The position numbers were made by a program, and so were the translations under genes. From contig OZ240239.1 in NCBI GenBank assembly GCA_965198095.1, positions 118,641 to 182,640 on the forward strand: 64,000 nucleotides of DNA, written 5' to 3'. Position 1 is the first letter of the stretch; every line of letters starts with the position of its first letter. The notes under the pieces are model-generated. The model ran no database searches. It had not been told where the DNA came from and saw nothing but the letters and a program-made list of their open reading frames with translations. This document shows positions 35,193 through 44,408 of this stretch, in pieces. This DNA comes from Candidatus Latescibacterota bacterium. Its GTDB lineage: Bacteria > Latescibacterota > UBA2968 > GCA-2709665.

Positions 35193-35323
35193 AGCCTTGT
35201 CTCGCGGATGATGCATTTGTAGGGGCGAACACGAGGTCCACCCCTACCGATCTGTCTTCCGAATACCATCATTCGATCCGGTCCCCGATAAGACGAACGA
35301 CGATCCAAGGTTTTAAAGTCCGC

Positions 35324-35352
35324 GGTACCCGTGTTTTGATTTCCCGGTACCC
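35324..35352. repeat. GGTACC-box copy 5 (GGTACCCGTGTTTTGATTTCCCGGTACCC)
   Basis: Ends 5 nt after the stop at 35358. Preceded by GACGAACGACGATCCAAGGTTTTAAAG. Confidence 0.8.
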
Positions 35353-35357
35353 GATGC

Positions 35358-36296
35358 TCACGTTTCTCTATAGATCGGCACGTTGGCGACGGCCGCTTCG
35401 ATCTGATCGGGACCGTAGGTCGCCTGATCCGAGCTCGGTACCAGCCGGCTGTCCATACCGGTCATCTCCGCCCGCAGGCCCGTTCTCGCCGCCTTGATCT
35501 CCCGCATTCGAGCCAGCCATCGCGCCCGCGTGAGATGCCCGTCGGGGTTCGAATGCCAGCTGCCAGGGAAGACATCGGGATCGTCCCACGGCGCCGTCTC
35601 TTTCGGTTCGTTGATGATCAACTGCCAGCGGGTGGCCTCCATCTCCGCTTCGGTTTCCGGATACTTGTAGAACCCGACGCGACACATTCTGCGGTCCACG
35701 AAGCCGCCCCAACTGGCGTGCCACAGCCGAACGTCGAAGGCCACGACGTCGCCCGGATCCGCCTCGCAGGCGTAGGCGGGGACGTGCTCCACGCCCCCGA
35801 GCGCCCGCTTGATCGGGTGCGATCCGCCCAGCTTCTGTTTGGCCCTCACGTCGCGCAGCACATCGTGAAACGGATTCTGGTGTGAGCCCGAAATCACCCG
35901 AAGCGCGCCCCTGTCCGCCCGGACCGGCTGGAGATAGAAGAGAAAGCTCACGCCGGACTGGTTGATGTTCACCGTGTCGGGGTGCCATTTGGTGCCTGGG
36001 TTCACGAAGCGCATTACGCTGCACGGCCCGATCGCGAAGACGTCTTCGCCGAACATCCGCTCCGCCGTCCCGACGAACCTCGGGTCTTCGGTCAGCCCGG
36101 AAAGAAACGGCCCGTCCTGGACCCTGAAATAGAAGCCCTGCCGCTTGCTGCCGTCGAACGCGTCATACCGAGAAACGCGCTCGGCCGCGCGCTCGAACTC
36201 GGCGTTGATTGCCTCCACCTCGTCCCGCGTGAACAGGCTTTTCAGGATTACGAATCCGAACGTCCTGAAGTGCGAAAGCTGCTCCTGGGTCAACAT
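35358..36296 (-). CDS. Phytanoyl-CoA dioxygenase (PhyH) family oxygenase
   Basis: Trimmed to MLTQEQLSHFRTFGFVILKS, with AAGGAGGG 8 nt upstream. WHPD, ALRVISGSHQ and RLWHAS. Confidence 0.75.
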   Translation of the reverse strand: MLTQEQLSHFRTFGFVILKSLFTRDEVEAINAEFERAAERVSRYDAFDGSKRQGFYFRVQDGPFLSGLTEDPRFVGTAERMFGEDVFAIGPCSVMRFVNPGTKWHPDTVNINQSGVSFLFYLQPVRADRGALRVISGSHQNPFHDVLRDVRAKQKLGGSHPIKRALGGVEHVPAYACEADPGDVVAFDVRLWHASWGGFVDRRMCRVGFYKYPETEAEMEATRWQLIINEPKETAPWDDPDVFPGSWHSNPDGHLTRARWLARMREIKAARTGLRAEMTGMDSRLVPSSDQATYGPDQIEAAVANVPIYRET

Positions 36297-36351
36297 GAGC
36301 CTTCCCTCCTTTTGCAGCGTCCCCCGTCCCCGCAAAAGACATGCCGTGTGG

Positions 36352-36439
36352 CACCGGCAGCAAGCTGCCGGTGGATCATGATGAGCCTGTTGTGTTTCTT
36401 AGCGTGAGGAATCTTGCACGGGCAGACAAGCTGCCCGTG
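36352..36439. repeat. Doublet of perfect hairpins CACCGGCAGC-AA-GCTGCCGGTG and CACGGGCAG-ACAAG-CTGCCCGTG
   Basis: Hairpins at 36352-36373 and 36417-36439 with mirrored flanks GTGTGGCA.. and ..TGGCACAC. They lie 56 and 121 nt upstream of the PhyH start at 36296. Confidence 0.7.
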
Positions 36440-36517
36440 GCACACGTGACTGGATTCGCGATCTCACGCGCAGAACCACCGGCGATCCGATTCAGTCTTT
36501 CGAACGACGGTTTTTTC

Positions 36518-36543
36518 GGGACACCTGTTTTGATTTCCGCTAC
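36518..36543. repeat. GGTACC-box copy 6 (degenerate: GGGACACCTGTTTTGATTTCCGCTAC)
   Basis: The central TGTTTTGATTTCC is retained but both GGTACC arms are mutated. Ends 4 nt after the stop at 36548. Preceded by TCGAACGACGGTTTTTT. Confidence 0.55.
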
Positions 36544-36547
36544 TCTC

Positions 36548-38164
36548 TCATGCGGTAATTTTCTGCAGCCCCAGCTTTACCGGCACCTCGATCAGCGTCG
36601 GCTTTTCACTCTCAAGCGCCGCCTCGATCGCCGGGCCTATCCCATCAAGCCGCTCCACCCGGACCGCGTCCGCACCAAACGCCTTTCCCAGGGCTACGAA
36701 GTCGGGGTTCACGAGATCCACCTCGCTCCTTTGGCCGAAACGATCGTCCTGTTGAATCCGAAGGATGCCGTAACCCCGGTCGTCAAAGACCAGAATCACG
36801 ACCGGGAGGCCGTACTGTACCGCAGTCGCCAGTTCCTGACAGGTCAGCATGAAGCCCCCGTCTCCGCAGATGGCGACCACCGGCCGGTCCGGATGGGCAA
36901 CCTTGGCCCCCAGGGCAGCGGGAAGGCCGTAGCCCAGCGTGCATCCGCCCATCGGGTAAAGATAGGTGCGCGGCGCATAGATATCCAGCATCTGCCAGCC
37001 CAGGTTGGTGCACACCGTCACATCCATGGCAAAGATCGTTTCCCTCGGGAGCGCGGAACGGACGTCCTGGATCATCCGGGTTTCAACGGGAAGCGCCTCC
37101 TGCCAGAGGCTCCGGACCTCCGCCTTCAGGTCGGCCACCTCGGCTTGACGGCCTTGCCGCGGCAATGAATCTGTCGAAAGCTGACCCAGGATCGCTTCGA
37201 GCGTCGCCGCCGCATCCCCCGCGAGAGGCAGGGCTGCCGGATAGTTTTTTCCGATCATCTCCGGATCGATATCGATATGGATGACCGTCTCCGGAAGCTG
37301 CAGCGTCCACTTATCGGTGGCCAGGTAAGAAAATCGCGTCCCGACGGCCAGCAGCAGGTCGCAGCCCTTGAGATAGTCGCGCACGGGTCGCTGCCCGAGG
37401 AGGTAACCCAGGTGCAGGGGATGATCGGCCGGCAGTGCGCCCTTGCCCAGATTCGTCGTCAGCACAGGGGCCTGGAGCGTTTCGGCGAGCTGTGCAAGCT
37501 CGGCACAGGCCCCGCCGCTCACGACGCCGCCGCCCGCCCAGAGGATCGGGCGCTTCGACTGTTCGATCAGGTCAACCGCTTTCTCGATTCCATCCCGGCT
37601 CGGTGCCGGTCGCGACGGTTGCGAGGCTGCCGGGATCGCCACTTCGTCCGCGGCGTCCAGGACATCTACGGGCAGTTCCAGTGCAACAGGCCTTGGACGA
37701 CCCGACAAAGCGCTGCGAATCGCCGCCCGTAGTTCGGGAACGATCTCCGCGACGCCCGACGCCCTCGCGCTGAAGCCAGTCACTCGCTCCAGCATCCCCA
37801 GCTGGTCGGGCACTTCGTGATAGACGCCTTTGCCGGCGTCGATGTACGCCGAGGGGATCTGCGTGCACAATAGCAGGACGGGGCACGAGTCGCCGTAAGA
37901 TGTAGCAAGCGCCCCGAGCGTATTCAGCGCGGCCGGTCCCGTCGTGGTCAGACAGACGCCGAGCCTGCCCGTCGACCGGGCGTAGCCGTCGGCCATGAAT
38001 GCGGCGCCCTGCTCGTGGCGAACCAGGACGTGACGAATCTCCGGCACGTCCAGCAGCGCGTCATAGATCGACAGGGAGTGGCTGCCCGGGATGCCGAAGA
38101 CGGTATCCACCCCTTCCGCCAGGAGCGTTTGGACAACCGCCTGCCCCCCGGTTAGACGCGGCAT
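36548..38164 (-). CDS. Thiamine-diphosphate-dependent enzyme (acetolactate-synthase large-subunit-like fold)
   Basis: 538 aa with LTGGQAVVQTLLAEGVDTVFGIPG, HEQGAAFMADGYAR and GDGGFM...N (ThDP motif). Confidence 0.85.
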   Translation of the reverse strand: MPRLTGGQAVVQTLLAEGVDTVFGIPGSHSLSIYDALLDVPEIRHVLVRHEQGAAFMADGYARSTGRLGVCLTTTGPAALNTLGALATSYGDSCPVLLLCTQIPSAYIDAGKGVYHEVPDQLGMLERVTGFSARASGVAEIVPELRAAIRSALSGRPRPVALELPVDVLDAADEVAIPAASQPSRPAPSRDGIEKAVDLIEQSKRPILWAGGGVVSGGACAELAQLAETLQAPVLTTNLGKGALPADHPLHLGYLLGQRPVRDYLKGCDLLLAVGTRFSYLATDKWTLQLPETVIHIDIDPEMIGKNYPAALPLAGDAAATLEAILGQLSTDSLPRQGRQAEVADLKAEVRSLWQEALPVETRMIQDVRSALPRETIFAMDVTVCTNLGWQMLDIYAPRTYLYPMGGCTLGYGLPAALGAKVAHPDRPVVAICGDGGFMLTCQELATAVQYGLPVVILVFDDRGYGILRIQQDDRFGQRSEVDLVNPDFVALGKAFGADAVRVERLDGIGPAIEAALESEKPTLIEVPVKLGLQKITA

Positions 38165-38167
38165 GTG

Positions 38168-38956
38168 TCATTCCGCCGTGGGCGGCGTGGGAAAGGGACG
38201 GCCGATCGGGTTGCCCGCAATCAACCCGCCGTCGACGCACAAGACGTGTCCGGTGATGTAGCTGGATTCGTCGGAGGCCAGGAACAGGACCGCATTCGCC
38301 ACTTCGCGGGGCAATCCCCATCGCCCCATCGGGACCAGGTAATTCCCCAGGGCATACTGGTCGCCCCCGACGCGCCAGGAGGTCATCTCGGTCTCGGTCA
38401 TTCCCGGCGCCACGGCGTTCACGCGTATGTTCCGGTCCGCCAGATCGATCGCCAGCGTACGGGTGAGCGCGACGGCGCCGCCCTTGCTCGCCATATACGG
38501 CTCGCGAAGGTGGGATGACTGGATGGCGCCGATCGAGGCGATGTTCACGATGTTGCCCTGCCCGCGCTCCAGGAAATGATCCAGCACGTAGCGGCAGGTG
38601 AACCAGACGCCGTTCAGGTTGACGCCGATCACCTTGTGCCAGTCTTCGTCCGTGAATTCGTTCGGAAATTTGTAGAGGTTGATCCCGGCGTTGTTGACCA
38701 CGATGTCGATCTGACCGAACGTCTCCAGCGTCTTCGCGATGGCAGCCTGCACCGCCTCCGACCGTGAGACATCCGTCTGGGTAACGAGCGCCCGACGTTT
38801 CAGCTCCCGGATCGACTCAGCCGTCTTGTGGGCCCCTTCCTGATCGATCTCGAAGATGGCGACGTCCGCCCCCTCTTCGGCGAATCGGATCGCAGTCGCC
38901 CGGCCGATCCCGCTCCCCGCGCCGGTCACGATGGCCACCTTCTCTTGCAGTCTCAC
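38168..38956 (-). CDS. Short-chain dehydrogenase/reductase (SDR)
   Basis: 262 aa with KVAIVTGAGSGIG, NNAG and YMASKGGV. GTG start overlaps the upstream stop (GTGA). Confidence 0.9.
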   Translation of the reverse strand: MRLQEKVAIVTGAGSGIGRATAIRFAEEGADVAIFEIDQEGAHKTAESIRELKRRALVTQTDVSRSEAVQAAIAKTLETFGQIDIVVNNAGINLYKFPNEFTDEDWHKVIGVNLNGVWFTCRYVLDHFLERGQGNIVNIASIGAIQSSHLREPYMASKGGAVALTRTLAIDLADRNIRVNAVAPGMTETEMTSWRVGGDQYALGNYLVPMGRWGLPREVANAVLFLASDESSYITGHVLCVDGGLIAGNPIGRPFPTPPTAE

Positions 38957-39885
38957 GGGGACCGATGCCCCTTCCGCACGACGCGATTCCGAAGCACGCC
39001 GATCCGTTCGATCTCCAGCTCCACGACGTCCCCCGGCTGCAGCCAGCGATCCAGCTCCAGACCGCAGCCGCCCCCCACGGTGCCGCTCCCGAAAAGCTCC
39101 CCGGGATGGATCGTCTCCCCCATCGAAACGTGGGCGACGAGCTGCCCGAATGTCCAGTAGGATGTACCGGAGCGGTTGTCCGACCAGGTCTCGCCGTTGA
39201 TCCTGGCCGTCATGCGCAGGTCGTAGGGATCCACCTCGTCAGCCGTCACGATGCACGGTCCGATCGACGTCGCGAAGTCCTTCCCTTTGGCCGGCCCGAG
39301 CTTGCACGCCATCTCCCTGCGCTGAATGTCCCGCGCGCTCCAGTCGTTCAACACGGTGTAGCCGAAGATGTGATCCTCGCCCCGCTCCGCCGGGATATCC
39401 CGACCTCCCTTTCCGATGATGATCCCCATCTCCAGCTCGTAGTCCAGCTTCTCGGTGTAGGAGGGCCAAACCAGGTCTTCCTCCGGGCCGATCATCGCCA
39501 GTGCATTCCCCTTGTAATAGGTCGGCATCTCGCGCCAGATCTCGGGCAGCGGTTCCCCGCGAAGCTTCCAGGCGGTCCGCACGTGCTGTTCGAAGATCCA
39601 GAAGTCACGGAACGATCTCGGCCGAGGAAGGGGCGGCAGTAGTTTCACTTCATCCGGTTCGTGCCAGTAGCACGGGTCGTTGTTCGCCAGGGCAGAGTCG
39701 AAGGCCGATCTGGCCGCATCGAGGCCGGCCTCTCCGGCGTCGATCAACGCCAGCATATCCTGGGCGAAGTCTCCCCGGCCCGCATCAGACGCCGCCGCGG
39801 CTGCCAGGTCGAGCACCCGCCCGGCATCGTCCAGCGCCCCCAGGCAAGTCCGGGACGCGCCATCTGTGAAGGTCACGAGCTTCAC
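38953..39885 (-). CDS. Fumarylacetoacetate hydrolase (FAH) family protein
   Basis: 310 aa with FGYTVLNDWSARDIQ and GPAKGKDFATSIGP. GTGA overlap with the upstream gene. Confidence 0.85.
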   Translation of the reverse strand: MKLVTFTDGASRTCLGALDDAGRVLDLAAAAASDAGRGDFAQDMLALIDAGEAGLDAARSAFDSALANNDPCYWHEPDEVKLLPPLPRPRSFRDFWIFEQHVRTAWKLRGEPLPEIWREMPTYYKGNALAMIGPEEDLVWPSYTEKLDYELEMGIIIGKGGRDIPAERGEDHIFGYTVLNDWSARDIQRREMACKLGPAKGKDFATSIGPCIVTADEVDPYDLRMTARINGETWSDNRSGTSYWTFGQLVAHVSMGETIHPGELFGSGTVGGGCGLELDRWLQPGDVVELEIERIGVLRNRVVRKGHRSP

Positions 39886-40838
39886 GTCCGATCCAACCCT
39901 CCGCCGGCCGTCTGCTTGAAGATCTTCAGAAGGGCCAGATCCCGCGCTTTGAGGATCTGCCGCGGTGTCTTGCCGTCGTAATCGTAAAAGCCTTTCCCGG
40001 TCTTGACCCCCATATGTCCCGCATCCACCAACCTCTGCATCGTGCTGTAGGCGGGCATAGCCGAAAGCCGTTTGGCCATCTCCTTCTGGATCGCCAGACT
40101 CACGTCCAGGCCGGTAAAGTCGTAACGTTGCGCCACCCCCACAACGACCATTCGTGGGGCCAGCGAGGCCTTCACCGCCTCATCCAGCTGTTCGGGCGTG
40201 GCCAATCCCCTGTCCAGAAGGTCGTTGACCTCCCGGCCGATCGCCACCTGAAGCCGGTTCACCAGGTAGCCCTGAATAAACCGATCGAGCACCACCGGCT
40301 TCTTGCCCAGGCGCGTCAGAAGTCGGGCGACACGGTCCGCCGTGTCGTCGGACGTCTCGGGGCCTTTGACCACGTCGACGAGCGGAATGATGTAGGGCGG
40401 CGCATACCAGTGCGCGATGCAGAACCGTTCGGGGTTGCGGATGCGTACGATCTCGAACAGGTTCAGGCTGGACGTGTTGGAAAGCAGAATCGTATCCGCC
40501 GGGCAGGCCTCGGCCAGGCGGACGAACAGATCCCGCTTGACTTCCGGGTCTTCAGGAACGGCCTCGAGCGCGAGGTCAACGTCACGGGCCGAAGCCTCCA
40601 GGTCTGTGCTCGTCCCGATGCGTTCGAGGATCGGATCGATCTCCGTGCGGTCCAGCGCCTCCGCTTCGGCCATCATCTCCAGATTGGACCGGATCTGCCT
40701 GAGCGCGCGCCCCAGGATCGACGCGCTCACGTCGACCAGCTGGACGTCGTACCCCCCCGAAGCAAACACCTGGGCCAGACCGTGGCCCATCGTTCCAGCC
40801 CCGACCACGAGCACCCTGTCGCGTTCGGAAGAGGCCAC
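39882..40838 (-). CDS. 3-hydroxyacyl-CoA (3-hydroxybutyryl-CoA) dehydrogenase family
   Basis: VLVVGAGTMGHGLAQVFA Rossmann motif plus the C-terminal dimerisation domain. Start placed at GTG 40838, 1 nt after the upstream TAG. The track start at 40886 would overlap the upstream gene by 47 nt. Confidence 0.8.
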   Translation of the reverse strand: MASSERDRVLVVGAGTMGHGLAQVFASGGYDVQLVDVSASILGRALRQIRSNLEMMAEAEALDRTEIDPILERIGTSTDLEASARDVDLALEAVPEDPEVKRDLFVRLAEACPADTILLSNTSSLNLFEIVRIRNPERFCIAHWYAPPYIIPLVDVVKGPETSDDTADRVARLLTRLGKKPVVLDRFIQGYLVNRLQVAIGREVNDLLDRGLATPEQLDEAVKASLAPRMVVVGVAQRYDFTGLDVSLAIQKEMAKRLSAMPAYSTMQRLVDAGHMGVKTGKGFYDYDGKTPRQILKARDLALLKIFKQTAGGGLDRT

Positions 40839-40839
40839 G

Positions 40840-41604
40840 CTACGCCTCGTCCACGATGGCCACGACTCTCGCGAGCGAACCGTCACCCATCCAGTAACGG
40901 ATCGGAAAGGCGGCGATCGTGACCCGCATCCCGGTCACCTCGTCGATATCTCCGCCCACGTTCTCGATCAGGCCGATGCCGTTCATCAGCATCTTGTTGT
41001 GGGCATACTCCTGAGAAGGGTGCTCCGGCGGGTCGAACTGTTTCGGAAAATCGTCCAACAGCTCCCGTCCCGTCACTTTCTTGTACTTGTCATACACCCA
41101 CGGCGTGCGGTCCGGACCCTTCGTGCACAAGAAGATATCGTTCGCCTGCGTGTCGTGGCCGACACATTTGACACCCTTCTCGACGAACCAGTCCGCGGCC
41201 TCTTTCCACATCCCCGGAGAGAACTGAAAGTATTTCGTGTTGTTTCCCCAGTACTGGTGCCAGCCCGTGTTGATGATGACGATGTCGTCCTTCTGGATCT
41301 CCGGCCTGGCGTGCTCGAGATCCTCGGCCGTGATCAGTTCCCAATCGTTCTTTGGAATGCTCACCACGACGCCTGTCCCATAGTATGTATCCAGCGGAAC
41401 CTCGTCCATGTCGCACCCGTTCTCGTTCACGTGAATCGGAGCGTCCACGTGGGTGCCCACGTGCATGGAGTGTTTGATCATCGTCGTCGTCTGGCCGTTA
41501 TGCTGGGGCATGGAGATCCGCTCGATGATGAGGTCGGGGCTGCCCGGCCAGACCGGCATGCCAAAACCGAACGGGTGCGACAGGTCAACCAGTCGTCTCG
41601 GCAT
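40840..41604 (-). CDS. Cyclase-family protein (kynurenine-formamidase-like)
   Basis: 254 aa with LSHPF...MPVWPG and HVGTHVDAPIH. AAGGAGGG lies 9 nt upstream. Confidence 0.85.
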   Translation of the reverse strand: MPRRLVDLSHPFGFGMPVWPGSPDLIIERISMPQHNGQTTTMIKHSMHVGTHVDAPIHVNENGCDMDEVPLDTYYGTGVVVSIPKNDWELITAEDLEHARPEIQKDDIVIINTGWHQYWGNNTKYFQFSPGMWKEAADWFVEKGVKCVGHDTQANDIFLCTKGPDRTPWVYDKYKKVTGRELLDDFPKQFDPPEHPSQEYAHNKMLMNGIGLIENVGGDIDEVTGMRVTIAAFPIRYWMGDGSLARVVAIVDEA

Positions 41605-41654
41605 CTTGATACGCCCTCCTTGTCCTGAAAGTCCGTCCGCCCATCGCGCTGAGA

Positions 41655-41805
41655 CAAGCCCGGCAAATCCGGTAGGAGCCTTACCTTCGCCAGCAGGAGC
41701 TGGCTCCTACCTTATGAACGGCTTGTGAGTATTACCTGATTGCAAGCCCGGTGAATCCGGTAGGAGCCGCCTCCCGGCGGCGATCCATTCACGCCGATAC
41801 TCGCC
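41655..41805. repeat. REPIN unit preceded by a truncated half unit, flanking the RAYT 3' side
   Basis: CAAGCCCGGCAAATCCGGTAGGAGCC is joined directly to TTACCTTCGCCAGCAGGAGCTGGCTCCTACC ... CCGGTAGGAGCCGCCTCCCGGCGGCGA. Relative to array units, 37 nt carrying one hairpin are missing at a GCC microhomology. Confidence 0.85.
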
Positions 41806-41888
41806 TTGCTTGATCTTACCAATCCGGGAAAAGACACGAGAACGGCCAATCTTCTGGGGTTGCAACATATCTTTTTCTCACCGGATTT

Positions 41889-42323
41889 TCATGGATGTAT
41901 CCGATTTTCATGGATGTATCCGAGATGTCGAGCAAACGCCTCTTTGTTACGAAGCTTATGATCATAGAACCCGCGCTGCCAGAACCTTCCCGTCCTGCAT
42001 TGTAGTCTGTTGATTCCTCTAGCTGTATGGCTTCCGAATGAAGCCATCACGCTGGAAAGATCCTGATCCTCTCCCAAGGCCACGATCAAATGCAAGTGAT
42101 CAGGCATCAGGACGTATCCTTCACATCTGAGACGCTCATTTTCATGAAGCCAGCGCAAACACCGAACGATGAGCTCCGGCACTTCAGATTCCTCTTTCGG
42201 ATTCATTGGGTCGCGAACCAGTGGACCTGTAGTATCGTCCACGCACTTTGTTATGGAGTAGATGGATCCGGGCAAGGAATTACGCCATTTCCTCAGAGCC
42301 GATTGATGGAACCCTCTTTCCAT
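41889..42323 (-). mobile_element. REP-associated tyrosine transposase (RAYT / TnpA_REP, IS200/IS605-type Y1 HUH family) with a frameshifted 3' end
   Basis: 144 aa. HUH motif YVLMPDHLHLIV and RFWQRGFYDH. The catalytic-Tyr motif GYIHEN is followed by a premature stop. Removing one copy of the 19-bp duplication (41884-41921) extends the frame to TAA at 41816, giving ...YIHENPVRKRYVATPEDWPFSCLFPDW. Visibly lower GC than the neighbouring genes. Confidence 0.85.
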
Positions 42324-42352
42324 TTTTTTACACGTATCAACCGACGGCCGAG

Positions 42353-42967
42353 CTTACCTTCGCCAGCAGGAGCTGGCTCCTACCTGATGAACGGCCTGTG
42401 AGTATTGCCTGATTGCAAGCCCGGTGAATCCGGTAGGAGCCGCCTCCCGGCGGCGAACACTTCACCTCGATCCTCGCCTTACCTTCGCCAGCAGGAGCTG
42501 GCTCCTACCTTTTGAACGGCTTGTGAGTATTGCCTGATTGCAAGCCCGGTAAATCCGGTAAGAGCCGCCTCCCGGCGGCGAACACTTCACCTCGATCCTC
42601 GCCTTACCTTCGCCAGCAGGAGCTGGCTCCTACCTCATGAACGGCTTGTGAGTATTACCTGATTTTTCAAACCCGGTAAATCCGGTAGGAGCCGCCTCCC
42701 GGCGGCGAACACTTCACCTTGATCCTCGCCTTACCTTCGCCAGCAGGAGCTGGCTCCTACCTCATGAACAGCTTGTGAGTATTACCTGATTTCAAACCCG
42801 GTAAATCCGGTAAGAGCCGCCTCCCGGCGGCGAACACTTCACCTCGATCCTCGCCTTACCTTCGCCAGCAGGAGCTGGCTCCTACCTCATGAACAGCTTG
42901 TGAGTATTACCTGATTGCAAGCCCGGTAAATCCGGTAGGAGCCGCCTCCCGGCGGCGAACACTTCAC
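42353..42967. repeat. Tandem array of five REPIN units (period 125-127 nt)
   Basis: Units start at 42353, 42478, 42603, 42730 and 42855. Each unit is TTCGCCAGCAGGAGCTGGCTCCTACC + 47-nt spacer + GGTA(G/A)GAGCCGCCTCCCGGCGGCGAAC + linker. The array starts 29 nt upstream of the RAYT ATG. Confidence 0.95.
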
Positions 42968-43186
42968 TTCGCAGAAAGCAAGTATTGGGTGTGCCGTTTT
43001 GTCGTCAAAAGCCGATCGGAGACTAAGTTGTTGAATTTCACGCACCTGAAGCGAGTCTCGTCGCGGGTGTGGATCGATCTGCAAAAACCGGTCTGGGAAG
43101 ATAGGTAGGTAGGGCTTGAACGCTAAAACGTTCTTGGAGGAAGGAGACAGGATCGGTCGGCTGGCGCGCCCACTCTTGCCTCAAGG

Positions 43187-44212
43187 TCAACTCGTGTCGA
43201 TCCGCTCCGCCATCTCCGACATCGTCTGCGCATCCACGGACCGACGGTGCAGGATCGTCTCGAGATTGCCCATATGATCCGAGTGTTCGGGAACCGCCTC
43301 CAGCGCTTCACGAACCTCTTCCCAGGTACATCCGATCTGCCGGGGCTTGTAGCGGGTGCCGCAGGCCTTGAGCATCTCCACGGCCTTCTCGAAGTGCGTC
43401 TCGCAGAGATGACAGGTGATCAGCGTCCCAAGGGCGACGATCTCGCCGTGCAGCGGTTGCTGACCGTGCACCCAGTAAAAGGCGGGGTCCATGGGATGAT
43501 CGATGCTGTGATTCACGTTCTGCTTCATCACCGGGAGGTCCCACCGCTCCCGGCTGATCTCCGCGCAGGTCCGAATGGCCGGGGGTCCGGGCCTTCCCTC
43601 GACGTCCAGATCGGAGGCGTAGCGTTCCACGCGCTCCGATATCCAGGTCTCTATCTCTTCCTGTGCGGCCGTATTCCAAGAATCGCCCGGCAGTCCCTGA
43701 TCCGTCCACCACTTCCAGGCGGCCGCTGCGGCCAGGAAGCAGACGCACTCGCCCATGCCGGCCGCGTTGAGGTAGGGCGGCGCGGCCCAGATCACGTCGG
43801 TGTCCAACAGCACACACTCGGGCACCAGCGTATCTATAATCGCGAGCTTGCCGTCCCGCCGAAGCGGATATGTCAGCTGAAAAATGGCACCGGTCGACAC
43901 GACGGTCGGGATCTGGATGAGCCTGGCCTTCTTCTTCAGGGCGACGTATTTGGCGGCGTCCAGGGCCCTCCCGCCTCCAATTCCGAGGACGTGGGACGTC
44001 TTCGGAAGTTTCTTCACGAGGTCGTTGGAATAGCCTTCCTCCTGGCTGGTCACATATGCCAGGCCCTTGGGCTCGCCCGGCAGCTTTTCCCGAACTGCCT
44101 CCCAGGCCGAGGGCGAGGTCAAAACGACATAACCCTTGAGATCCCGGCATCCGTCCTCGATCACGCGCGTTCCGTAATGGGTAACCCAATCTTTCAATGG
44201 TTTCGTGGCCAT
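43187..44212 (-). CDS. Iron-containing alcohol dehydrogenase / glycerol-1-phosphate dehydrogenase-like (DHQS-like superfamily)
   Basis: 341 aa with GIGGGRALDAAKYVA and IPTVVSTGAIF, followed by a His-rich metal region. Confidence 0.6.
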   Translation of the reverse strand: MATKPLKDWVTHYGTRVIEDGCRDLKGYVVLTSPSAWEAVREKLPGEPKGLAYVTSQEEGYSNDLVKKLPKTSHVLGIGGGRALDAAKYVALKKKARLIQIPTVVSTGAIFQLTYPLRRDGKLAIIDTLVPECVLLDTDVIWAAPPYLNAAGMGECVCFLAAAAAWKWWTDQGLPGDSWNTAAQEEIETWISERVERYASDLDVEGRPGPPAIRTCAEISRERWDLPVMKQNVNHSIDHPMDPAFYWVHGQQPLHGEIVALGTLITCHLCETHFEKAVEMLKACGTRYKPRQIGCTWEEVREALEAVPEHSDHMGNLETILHRRSVDAQTMSEMAERIDTS

Positions 44213-44408
44213 TTATGGCTCCAGTATCGAACGAAATGCGTGATTCCAGACCGGCAGGACAGCCGTAACGGAATGTTAATGCTATAGGATAGCGAATTCG
44301 CACAAAATCTCCAAGCCTTTTCGAGCCTTTGCCGGGGTCCAAACGAGCCGACTTCCGGAATGCCACCGGGAGGATCTGCGACCTTGGGTCCGCACGTTTT
44401 GGCTGACC

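Noticed and set aside
42353-42967. The regular 125-nt periodic array, and the 54-nt periodic array at 33404-34238, as CRISPR arrays.
   Set aside because: Whole units, including the would-be spacers, are near-identical copies of each other, so there are no unique spacers. The repeats are REP hairpin doublets, and no cas genes are present in the window.
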